From assembly GCA_963796685.1 (NCBI GenBank), contig CAWCMR010000009.1, positions 96,001 to 160,000 of the forward strand: a DNA stretch of 64,000 nucleotides, written 5' to 3'. Positions 1 to 9,948 of the stretch are shown piece by piece. The stretch comes from an uncultured delta proteobacterium. Lineage in GTDB: Bacteria > Myxococcota_A > Polyangia > Fen-1088. The position numbers were made by a program, and so were the translations under genes. The notes under the pieces are model-generated. The model was not told where the DNA came from. It made no database searches and saw only the letters and a program-made list of their open reading frames with translations. Every line of letters begins with the position of its first letter. The stretch's first letter is position 1.

Positions 1-3000
1 GTCCTTCGGGGCCGCGCGTGGATTGAAACAAATACTGATCATGCTGAGTACCCATCTAGACTGTCGCGCGGTCCTTCGGGGCCGCGCGTGGATTGAAACC
101 AGACTAACGTGGTAGCGCTCCACGGTCCCGTCGGTCGCGCGGTCCTTCGGGGCCGCGCGTGGATTGAAACCATGCGGGTCACTGCTACTTCGCCTTCTGG
201 ACCGGTCGCGCGGTCCTTCGGGGCCGCGCGTGGATTGAAACCAGGCCAACGCTTCGGACGACTGACCGTCATCTGTGGTCGCGCGGTCCTTCGGGGCCGC
301 GCGTGGATTGAAACTTCCAGAAGTTTAACGGCAAGTGGAGGATCGATGTCGCGCGGTCCTTCGGGGCCGCGCGTGGATTGAAACCTGGTCCTATTGTTGG
401 GCGCGAGGGGTGGAATTGTCGCGCGGTCCTTCGGGGCCGCGCGTGGATTGAAACCTGCGCGTTACCGTTTCCGGAGAAGGCGCCCAACGTCGCGCGGTCC
501 TTCGGGGCCGCGCGTGGATTGAAACTGGATGTGGTGGTGTAGATGGACCAGCTACTGCTATCGTCGCGCGGTCCTTCGGGGCCGCGCGTGGATTGAAACT
601 AGAATGTGCGCGCATGCTCCTAGCCACTCCACTGTCGCGCGGTCCTTCGGGGCCGCGCGTGGATTGAAACTCTGGGTTGAATGCATTCTTCACCCGTGCG
701 TAGAGGTCGCGCGGTCCTTCGGGGCCGCGCGTGGATTGAAACGTTGAGTACAAAGCAGTCCAGGAGAGACTGAAAGTCGTCGCGCGGTCCTTCGGGGCCG
801 CGCGTGGATTGAAACACGTGGTCCATCGCTATTCCTCCTCGTTCACAAGTGTCGCGCGGTCCTTCGGGGCCGCGCGTGGATTGAAACACAGACTCCACGC
901 ACATCACGAACGCGAGTTACACGTCGCGCGGTCCTTCGGGGCCGCGCGTGGATTGAAACCTGCGGATCTCTAATGCCAATTCACGCGCCCTAGTCGCGCG
1001 GTCCTTCGGGGCCGCGCGTGGATTGAAACAGGCGCTAACGGGCACCACGGCGGGCACGCTCGGTCGCGCGGTCCTTCGGGGCCGCGCGTGGATTGAAACC
1101 TGGCCAGCTACGGCGTGCCCAGGGAGGATGACTGGTCGCGCGGTCCTTCGGGGCCGCGCGTGGATTGAAACGCCGCCATGGCCCCCGTCACGAGGTCGAT
1201 GGGCGCGTCGCGCGGTCCTTCGGGGCCGCGCGTGGATTGAAACCCGAGTAGCCAGAGCATCCAGTCGGCGCGCTCGGTCGCGCGGTCCTTCGGGGCCGCG
1301 CGTGGATTGAAACAGTGCCTCGGCGACGATTGCGGCATTTTGCGCAGGTCGCGCGGTCCTTCGGGGCCGCGCGTGGATTGAAACGAGTTCTCTTGGGCGT
1401 CCGTCGAGATTTCGTTGGGGTCGCGCGGTCCTTCGGGGCCGCGCGTGGATTGAAACTGTGAGCGCCACGGACCACCTCCGAATTGCCTGGGTCGCGCGGT
1501 CCTTCGGGGCCGCGCGTGGATTGAAACCACGGAGAAAAGCCATCGACTGATGATGTCCACCGTCGCGCGGTCCTTCGGGGCCGCGCGTGGATTGAAACGT
1601 CTCACGATTGGCCAGCAACACCAACCCCACCACGTCGCGCGGTCCTTCGGGGCCGCGCGTGGATTGAAACTGGGCAAGGCGACGTGCCTGGCCAGTACCC
1701 GCAACGTCGCGCGGTCCTTCGGGGCCGCGCGTGGATTGAAACCCGGACGTCAGGATACGCAGCCAGCTCTACGGGGTCGCGCGGTCCTTCGGGGCCGCGC
1801 GTGGATTGAAACCGCGGCATTCACGGTCAGGTTGCAGGTCAGGTCGCGTCGCGCGGTCCTTCGGGGCCGCGCGTGGATTGAAACGCGAACTTGCGGTCGG
1901 CACAGTCAACCTAGAACGTCGCGCGGTCCTTCGGGGCCGCGCGTGGATTGAAACCGAATGATGGAGGACGAGGACGTCGCCATCGCCGTCGCGCGGTCCT
2001 TCGGGGCCGCGCGTGGATTGAAACCGAATGATGGAGGACGAGGACGTCGCCATCGCCGAGTCGCGCGGTCCTTCGGGGCCGCGCGTGGATTGAAACCATC
2101 GTCAGGCCGAACGTCTTCACAAGGCACGTGTCGCGCGGTCCTTCGGGGCCGCGCGTGGATTGAAACGATCACGAGCGGTCAGAGACGATTGGACAGTGGG
2201 GTGTCGCGCGGTCCTTCGGGGCCGCGCGTGGATTGAAACTGGTGCTAGCTTCATCGAGTGCGTGGATACGTAGTCGCGTCGCGCGGTCCTTCGGGGCCGC
2301 GCGTGGATTGAAACTAGGGAGCACAGATGGCAACCGACCAGATATATGGTCGCGCGGTCCTTCGGGGCCGCGCGTGGATTGAAACCAGAATATCCAAGGT
2401 GTCACAAGACTGCGTACAGGTCGCGCGGTCCTTCGGGGCCGCGCGTGGATTGAAACTGTTCCCTTCCCGTTGCCTGGATGGTGGATCGGAGTCGCGCGGT
2501 CCTTCGGGGCCGCGCGTGGATTGAAACGCTGGCGGCTTGGGCGCGCCTTCGGGGGCCTCCGGGTCGCGCGGTCCTTCGGGGCCGCGCGTGGATTGAAACT
2601 GTGGAACGCCCGTACAAATCAGCCGTACTCTGGCGAGTCGCGCGGTCCTTCGGGGCCGCGCGTGGATTGAAACACCGGAGACGAGGGCGAAGATGAGCGC
2701 ATCCATGCGACGTCGCGCGGTCCTTCGGGGCCGCGCGTGGATTGAAACCCAATCGGAGCCTCGAACAACGAAAGCTGTGTGGCGTCGCGCGGTCCTTCGG
2801 GGCCGCGCGTGGATTGAAACTTGTAGTAAGCGTCCGCCCCGCCTACAGCAGGCGTCGCGCGGTCCTTCGGGGCCGCGCGTGGATTGAAACTCAAACCTCA
2901 AGGCGTGGCTTCTGGGCATTCATCACGGTCGCGCGGTCCTTCGGGGCCGCGCGTGGATTGAAACCTCGTACTCCCCGCCGTCACGCCAGGGGACGCGAGT

Positions 3001-4538
3001 CGCGCGGTCCTTCGGGGCCGCGCGTGGATTGAAACCGGTCCTTTGAGACCGGCACCGCGTGCGGCGCGCATGGTCGCGCGGTCCTTCGGGGCCGCGCGTG
3101 GATTGAAACGCTGACGGTCTCGGCCTCTTCGACCCAGACAATAGGTCGCGCGGTCCTTCGGGGCCGCGCGTGGATTGAAACCCGCTCGTCAAGCGGATCG
3201 GCCGTCTCTACCTGGTCGCGCGGTCCTTCGGGGCCGCGCGTGGATTGAAACACCACAAGTTCGGTATGCTGGGCGCCGACCCGGCAGGTCGCGCGGTCCT
3301 TCGGGGCCGCGCGTGGATTGAAACTGGGTCACCGACAGCGGCGCGGTCGGCGGCATGGGGTCGCGCGGTCCTTCGGGGCCGCGCGTGGATTGAAACGGGA
3401 GCTCCCCCATCCTCATGCGCGGGCAGTCGGCGTCGCGCGGTCCTTCGGGGCCGCGCGTGGATTGAAACACGTGGTCAGCGTCGCCCATTACTGGCTGCGC
3501 TTGTCGCGCGGTCCTTCGGGGCCGCGCGTGGATTGAAACTACTCCCACAAGGTGGATAAGTTAACCGGGCGCGTGTCGCGCGGTCCTTCGGGGCCGCGCG
3601 TGGATTGAAACAATTATGTGACCGTTGATGCGCAGAAGATTCTTGAGTCGCGCGGTCCTTCGGGGCCGCGCGTGGATTGAAACAAGGTCGAGCCCGAGGG
3701 CTTGGAGGGCTTCGCCAAGTCGCGCGGTCCTTCGGGGCCGCGCGTGGATTGAAACGCCATCGCCGCCGTTATCCGCGCCGGGTTTTTGGTCGCGCGGTCC
3801 TTCGGGGCCGCGCGTGGATTGAAACGCTCCGCCCACCGGGGCCTCGACCTCCTCCCGGAGTCGCGCGGTCCTTCGGGGCCGCGCGTGGATTGAAACAATA
3901 GCGGGTCGGTCGGCCGCCGGCTCGCGCCCAACGTCGCGCGGTCCTTCGGGGCCGCGCGTGGATTGAAACCCGTCTTGAATTGACCACTCCGCCACGTTGT
4001 TCTGTCGCGCGGTCCTTCGGGGCCGCGCGTGGATTGAAACTAATGAAACTCGCCCGCACCGCTCTCGACTTCATGTCGCGCGGTCCTTCGGGGCCGCGCG
4101 TGGATTGAAACTGCATAGGGCAGTGAAGCAACTCTGCGACCTTCGTCGCGCGGTCCTTCGGGGCCGCGCGTGGATTGAAACGAACACGGATCGGCCAAGA
4201 CGCGTCTAGACTCGGTCGCGCGGTCCTTCGGGGCCGCGCGTGGATTGAAACCTTCAAGAAGATGCACCAGAAGCGCTCCCGCCACTGGTCGCGCGGTCCT
4301 TCGGGGCCGCGCGTGGATTGAAACTTGCCGTCGAGGATCCACATGTTGGGCAAGTTCCGCGTCGCGCGGTCCTTCGGGGCCGCGCGTGGATTGAAACCTG
4401 TGCGTGGCCAGATTCAAGAAAATGCAATCGGGTCGCGCGGTCCTTCGGGGCCGCGCGTGGATTGAAACGCTGTGTGGACTTGCTCAGCCGCAAGCGCAAA
4501 CGTCGCGCGGTCCTTCGGGGCCGCGCGTGGATTGAAAC
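1..4538 (+). CRISPR. CRISPR array, 37-bp repeat GTCGCGCGGTCCTTCGGGGCCGCGCGTGGATTGAAAC, about 64 repeats and 63 spacers of ~33-38 bp, cut by the left window edge
   Basis: Identical repeat every ~71 bp with unique spacers. 10-bp stem with a TTCG loop and a 3' ATTGAAAC end, as in type I-C-like repeats. Last repeat 4502-4538 is intact. No cas genes in the window. Confidence 0.99.
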
Positions 4539-4698
4539 CCCTGCCACTCGAGAAAGACCCGGCGTAGATAACGGAGAATTCCCAAGACGGTGCAAATCAC
4601 GGTCTATTTCGCCGCCATCATCGCGCCTGGTCTCACGTGCGCCTCTTCTATCAATCATCGTCGTGTTCGCGCGGCAACATTCGGACGTGCGTAGCACC

Positions 4699-4955
4699 GG
4701 CCACAAGCTCTACGGCCCCACCGGCATCGGCGTGCTTTATGGCAAGCAGCGCCTGCTGGAGGCCATGCCGCCCTGGCAGGGCGGTGGCGACATGATCATG
4801 TCCGTGACCTTCGAGCGGACCACCTACGCGCCGCCGCCGGCCAAATTCGAGGCCGGCACGCCCGACATCAGCGGTGCCATCGCTCTCGCCACCGCCATCG
4901 ACTACGTCGAGTCGTTCGGCATGGCCGCCATCGAACGCTACGAGGCCGAGCTGCG
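4699..4955 (+). pseudogene. sufS: Internal fragment of a SufS-type cysteine desulfurase
   Basis: GHKLYGPTGIGVLYGK...PPWQGGGDMI...KFEAGTP motifs. Lacks both termini. Confidence 0.9.
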
Positions 4956-5308
4956 ATCACGTGACCGTGTACCTCGACGTCAAGGACGGTGTCGTCCGTG
5001 ACATCAGCTTCCAAGGCGAGGGCTGCGCCATCGCCAGGGCGTCGGCGTCCATGATGACGTCGGTGGTGAAGGGAAAGTCCTTGGCCGACGCCTCCGAGAC
5101 CTTCAAGCGCTTCCGCCAGATGATCACCGGCGGCCAGGATCCCTGCTTCGACCTCGAAGACCTGGGCAAGCTCGCCGCGTTCTCCGACGTAAGCGCGTTC
5201 CCCGTGCGGGTCAAGTGCGCAAGCCTCGCCTGGCACACCTTGAACGCGGCCATGCACGAGACCACGACCGAGCCCACCAGCGGCAGCGAGCCCAGCAAGG
5301 AGCCCTAA
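4951..5308 (+). pseudogene. sufU: 5'-truncated SufU Fe-S scaffold, fused to sufS' by a deletion
   Basis: DHVTVYL...FQGEGCAIARASASMM...FPVRVKCASLAW. The N-terminus before the NPxCGD motif is missing. Junction GAGCTGCGATCAC. Confidence 0.88.
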
Positions 5309-5310
5309 AA

Positions 5311-5706
5311 GTGACGGCGGCCCCCGATCCCCAGCCCGCACCCGACCCGCCCCCCGACCCGCCATCGGGCTCCACCGCCAACGATGCGGCCACCGCCCAG
5401 TTGGAGCGCCTGGTGTGGCAGGAGCTGCGCGAGTGCTACGACCCGGAGATCCCCGTCAACATCGTGGAGCTGGGGCTCGTCTACGCCATGAGGACCGAGC
5501 CCCTGCCCGAGGGCGGCCACCGGGTCGAGGTCCTCATGACCGTGACCTCTACTGCCTGTGGCATGTCCGAGATCCTGCGCAGCGAGGCCGACGCGCGCAT
5601 TCGCAAGCTGCCCGGCGTGGCGCAGGTCGAGGTCGCCATCACCTTCGACCCGACCTGGACCCCCGAGCTCATGAGCGACGACGCGCGCATGATGCTGAAT
5701 TTGTGA
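5311..5706 (+). CDS. sufT: SufT/DUF59 Fe-S assembly protein (apparently intact, GTG start)
   Basis: CYDPEIPVNIVELGLVY...MTVTSTACGM...FDPTWTPELMSDDAR. Confidence 0.85.
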   Translation: MTAAPDPQPAPDPPPDPPSGSTANDAATAQLERLVWQELRECYDPEIPVNIVELGLVYAMRTEPLPEGGHRVEVLMTVTSTACGMSEILRSEADARIRKLPGVAQVEVAITFDPTWTPELMSDDARMMLNL

Positions 5707-5852
5707 CTGGAGAGAGCGCAGAGGGCGGAGGAGGGCGCGGAGGGCGGAGAAGCTCGGGAAGGTTTTGCCGACCGTGGCCGTGCCTCACCCACACAACGCC
5801 CGACACCCGCATCACGCACCTTCCGTGACCTGCTTGCCGAGAACCCTCCTTC

Positions 5853-7358
5853 ATGGAGGCAGCCGCATGCGCAAAACCTGCGACCGGCTACACCTATGCC
5901 CGCCGGGAGCCGGAGAAGACCGCGCTCTTCCAGGTGCTCCAGCAGCACCTGCTCACCTTCGAGCAAGAGTGGACCGACAAGTCCGACGGCCGCACGCTGC
6001 CCAGCTTCGTCACCGACGAGCTACACGACTTTCTAGGGTGCGGAATCTTGGCGCGAGGCTTCGCACAATTCTTGTGCAAAACCTGCCACGAGCGGTACGT
6101 TGTGGCCTGGAGCTGTAAGGGTCGTGGCTTCTGTCCGAGCTGCGGAGGCAGACGCATGAACGCGGGTGCGCTGACTCTGGTCGATCACGTGCTGCCCGAA
6201 GTGCCCATCCGACAATTCGTGCTCACCCTGCCTTTCCCGCTGAGATTTCCCTTGGCCTTCGACGGGAAATTGCTGGGCCAAGTCCTGCGCATCTTCATCG
6301 ACACCGTCGCGTCCAACTATCGCAAGCGCCTGGCAGATCGGGGCATCCCCGACGGCGAGTGCGGCGCCGTCACGGTCATCCAGCGCGCCAACAGCGACCT
6401 GCGTCTCTCACCGCATTTTCACGTTCTCCAGCTCGATGGAGCGTACGCCCCTGGGCCCGACGGCGGTGCGCCCATCTTCCACCCGGCTCCGGAACTTACC
6501 CAAGAGGACATCCTTGCCATCGTCGCGCGCGCCAGTAAGCGCATCCTCCGCTTCCTCCAACGTCGCGGGGTCATCACCCTGGTGACCGCGCCAGGCGACG
6601 GCGAGATCACCGTCGTCACCGACGAGACCATCGGCGAGAAGGATCCGCTCCTGGCTCGCTTGTTGGCCGCCGCCACCGCTGGCGCCTCGCCTGCCGGCCC
6701 TGCGCACAAGCGGGCTCCCGTGCGCATCGTGCTCGACCCTGGCGCCACGCCCGTGGCCAAGGGCAAACTATGCGGCCAGCAAGCAGGCTTCAACCTGCAT
6801 GCTCAAACCAAAGTCGCCGCCAACGACAAGAAGGGTCGCGAAAACCTGTGCAAGTACATCTTGCGCCCGCCTCTCGCCAACGACCGCCTCAAGATCCTCG
6901 ACGACAAAACCGTCAGGCTCGACTTCAAGAAGCCCTGGACGGATGGCACCTCGTCGGTCGACCTTGCGCCGCTCGCCCTCATTGCCAGGCTAGCCGCGAT
7001 CATCCCTCCTCCTCGTCGCCATGTCGTCAGATATTCGGGGGTTATCTCCTCGCACAGCTCTCTCCGCAGCCAGGTCGTCCCCGTCCCCGCCGTGGCGGCA
7101 CCCGAGGAAAAGGACAAGCCTTCACTGCCGCTCTCGCACTATATTTCTTGGAGCCAGCTCCTCAAAAAGACATTCGAGATCGACACCGTCTGCCCTCGCT
7201 GCAAGAGCCCGCTGCATCTCATCGCCATGATCGAGACCGAGGACACCATCAAGAAGATTCTCAAAGCCATGGGACTGCCTACCGAGGCGCCCAAACTCCG
7301 GCCTGCACGACCGCCGCCCTCGCAATCTGGTGGCGAGGGCGGAGACTGGCTGAACTGA
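5853..7358 (+). CDS. IS91-family HUH (ISCR-like) transposase, allele A
   Basis: Zn motif CKTC...CKGRGFCPSCG, HUH motif PHFH, GFNLHA, LCKYILRPP catalytic Tyr, C-terminal CPRC. Confidence 0.95.
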   Translation: MEAAACAKPATGYTYARREPEKTALFQVLQQHLLTFEQEWTDKSDGRTLPSFVTDELHDFLGCGILARGFAQFLCKTCHERYVVAWSCKGRGFCPSCGGRRMNAGALTLVDHVLPEVPIRQFVLTLPFPLRFPLAFDGKLLGQVLRIFIDTVASNYRKRLADRGIPDGECGAVTVIQRANSDLRLSPHFHVLQLDGAYAPGPDGGAPIFHPAPELTQEDILAIVARASKRILRFLQRRGVITLVTAPGDGEITVVTDETIGEKDPLLARLLAAATAGASPAGPAHKRAPVRIVLDPGATPVAKGKLCGQQAGFNLHAQTKVAANDKKGRENLCKYILRPPLANDRLKILDDKTVRLDFKKPWTDGTSSVDLAPLALIARLAAIIPPPRRHVVRYSGVISSHSSLRSQVVPVPAVAAPEEKDKPSLPLSHYISWSQLLKKTFEIDTVCPRCKSPLHLIAMIETEDTIKKILKAMGLPTEAPKLRPARPPPSQSGGEGGDWLN

Positions 7359-7861
7359 CGGCACGTCGACCAGGGCGGGTTGGAGTAGACTGCCCTGCGT
7401 GCTCGAGAAAGACCCCGTCAGGCCCCAGAAACCCGGTCACGTGCGCCGTACCGACGTGATCGGGGCCAACCTAATGCGGCCCGGCAGGGTTCTCAGACGC
7501 TCAAAAACCCCCTTCGAATCGCCTATGGCCCGTCTCAACCGACGACAATCTCCTTCTCGAGTACAGCACTCCTCGGGCAAATGTCCGGCCCTATGAGAAA
7601 TCGCTCGCCGACAATCTTTACTTCGTGCGCCGCTTCGCGCCTCGGTCCCTCATCTCGGGAACAACGCTGACGGCGGCACAGTGGGACTCGCTACGCACGG
7701 TTGCCGACCAACCAATTGCTTCACCTTGAAACACCAGCTTGAGGCGAAATCCGCAGGTGCAATTTCCACGCGCATAAGATAGCTTGCAAAGGCCCCCCAC
7801 TGCAATGAGCTACTCGACCTAGTCTGCCGCTAGCCTAGACGAACATGGTAGGTTGGCGAAA

Positions 7862-9835
7862 ATGCCCGATCGATGGTGGCGAATATCCAGCCGGGTGAGA
7901 TCCTGGTGCCTCGGTGGATTGGTCTTGTGCCTGGTGCTGGTCTGCTACTGGCCTGCACTGCGAGGCGTTTTCGTATGGGACGACGTCGTTCATGTGACTC
8001 GACCCGAGCTGCGTTCGTGGGCAGGGTTGAGACGCATTTGGTTCGATGCGCGGGCGACACTGCAGTACTACCCGATCCTTCACACCGCGTTCTGGATAGA
8101 ATACCACTTGTGGGGCGAAGAGGCGCTTGGTTACCATTTGGCGAATGTTCTGCAACATGCGGCCTCATGTTGCCTCCTCGTCCTGATTCTGAGTCGGCTG
8201 TCTCGGCCAGAAGCTACCGTCGCAGGACCCACCGGCGAAGCTCGTAAGGTCCCTACAGAGGCCGGCTGGATCGCCGCATTGTTGTTCGCTGTACATCCAG
8301 TCTGCGTCGAATCGGTCGCCTGGATTTCCGAGCAGAAGAACACTCTGTCGTTGCTGTTCTATTTGCTCGCCGCCCTTGCCTACTTTGATTTCCACGCTCG
8401 AAGGCGATGGCGCTCCTACGTACTGGCTTCCATGCTTTTTCTGCTCGCGCTGGGAACCAAGACGGTAACAGCGACCCTGCCGGCTGCCATTCTGTTAGTG
8501 CTGTGGTGGAAGAATGGGCGGTTGCGGTTGCGCAAGGATGCCGTGCCGCTGCTGCCATGGTTCTTGGGGGCCCTGGCGGGAGGACTGCTAACGGCCTGGG
8601 TGGAGCGAAGGCTTCTCGGTGCTGAAGGCGCGCAGTTCAATTTGTCGATTGGCCAGCGCCTGATGCTCTCCGGGCGGGCGATCTGGTTCTATCTGGGCAA
8701 GCTCGTCTGGCCGAGGAACCTGATGTTCTCTTATCCTCGCTGGAACGTACCCGCCGCGGCATCGGGATGGTTCATTTACCTTGCTGGAGTGCTGGGTGTA
8801 ACGGCTGCACTCTGGTGGATTCGCCGACGTAACCGCGGTGCGCTGACTGCGTGGCTGTTCTTTATCGGCTCGTTGTTCCCTGCCCTCGGATTCTTCAATG
8901 TGTATGCGTTTGTATTCTCCTACGTCGCTGACCACTTCCAATACCTGGCGTGTCTGGGCATCATTGTTCCACTAGCGGTCGGCTTTGTCCACCTTCTTGC
9001 CGCAGTAGATCCTAGGGTGCGCAACGGCGGCCGGGTACTGTTGGCCGCTCTGGTACTCGCCATGGCATTTGCGACCCATGGAAGGAGTCGTGTGTATCGC
9101 CATGAGGACGCGCTTTACCGCGAGATGGTTGCCAGCAATCCGACCTTCTGGATAGCGCACAACAACCTCGCGGTCGCGCTCGCAAAGTCGCCAGCCGGTC
9201 TTTCAGAAGCGCTGGCACACTACGAGCAGGCGTTGCAGCTGAAGCCCGACTATGTGGAAGCTCACTACAATCTCGCCAACGCGTTGGCAAAGATGCAGGG
9301 GCGCGGTTTCGACGCAATAGGACACTACAATACCGCACTGAAACTCAATCCCGACTACGCAGAAGCGCACAACAACCTGGCAACCGGGCTTGCCAAGCTC
9401 CCGGGGCTCCTACCAGAGGCATTGTATCATTTCGCGCTGGCTACCAAGTTAAAGCCCGACTATGTGGAGGCGCACTACAATCTCGGGATCGAGCTTGCCA
9501 AGCTACCGGGGCGCATGCCGGAAGCGTTGACTGAGTTTGAGCTGGTGCTGCAGCTGAGCCCGGGTTTTGTCAAGGGCCACGTTGCTCTGGCAGATGCGTT
9601 GGTGAAGATGCCAAGCCGCGCTTTGGAAGCCGTAGCTCAATACGAAGAGGCCCTTCGGATCAATCCGAATTGTGTGGAGGCGCACAATAACCTGGGGGTC
9701 GCCTACGCTCGGCAGGGGCGACCGGAGGAAGCCAGAAAACAATGGCTGCAGGCGTTAGAGCTGAGTCCGGACTTCGAAAATGCCCGAAAGAACCTGACTG
9801 CGTTGGCGGAGGAACAGAAAAGATTGCGCCGATAG
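7862..9835 (+). CDS. Multi-pass membrane protein with C-terminal TPR repeats (TMTC/GT-C O-mannosyltransferase-like)
   Basis: FVWDD, HPVCVESVAWISE, about 10 TM segments, repeated PDYVEAHYNL TPR units. Confidence 0.85.
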   Translation: MPDRWWRISSRVRSWCLGGLVLCLVLVCYWPALRGVFVWDDVVHVTRPELRSWAGLRRIWFDARATLQYYPILHTAFWIEYHLWGEEALGYHLANVLQHAASCCLLVLILSRLSRPEATVAGPTGEARKVPTEAGWIAALLFAVHPVCVESVAWISEQKNTLSLLFYLLAALAYFDFHARRRWRSYVLASMLFLLALGTKTVTATLPAAILLVLWWKNGRLRLRKDAVPLLPWFLGALAGGLLTAWVERRLLGAEGAQFNLSIGQRLMLSGRAIWFYLGKLVWPRNLMFSYPRWNVPAAASGWFIYLAGVLGVTAALWWIRRRNRGALTAWLFFIGSLFPALGFFNVYAFVFSYVADHFQYLACLGIIVPLAVGFVHLLAAVDPRVRNGGRVLLAALVLAMAFATHGRSRVYRHEDALYREMVASNPTFWIAHNNLAVALAKSPAGLSEALAHYEQALQLKPDYVEAHYNLANALAKMQGRGFDAIGHYNTALKLNPDYAEAHNNLATGLAKLPGLLPEALYHFALATKLKPDYVEAHYNLGIELAKLPGRMPEALTEFELVLQLSPGFVKGHVALADALVKMPSRALEAVAQYEEALRINPNCVEAHNNLGVAYARQGRPEEARKQWLQALELSPDFENARKNLTALAEEQKRLRR

Positions 9836-9948
9836 CGCCTTCACCCTAAAACACCATCTTGCCCTGTGAATGTGTGTGAAAAGTATGGCATACGGATGTC
9901 AAGCACCCAGACTGTCGATGGCAATCGCGCGGTCCCCGCCATCGCGCA

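Larger units (their letters stand above)
4692..7526 (+). mobile_element. IS91/ISCR-like element copy 1 (core 5776-7526) with 1.08-kb captured suf passenger
   Basis: Near-identical to 21012-23844. Ends TTCGAATCGCCTAT then GGCC, resembling the IS91/ISCR oriIS consensus (TTGAA..TTCCTAT). No terminal inverted repeats or target duplication. Confidence 0.9.

Noticed and set aside
3970-4003. Spacer resembling a tRNA D-arm on the minus strand (GTGGCGGAGTGGTCAA)
   Set aside because: No closing D-stem or further tRNA structure.
1-4706. Dozens of ORFs across the CRISPR array (FQSTRGPEGPRD, VSIHARPRRTAR)
   Set aside because: They are translations of the repeat, not genes.
4318-5001. 227-aa ORF fusing CRISPR repeats to SufS
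   Set aside because: Chance open frame across the array end and the passenger junction; the start lies inside a repeat.
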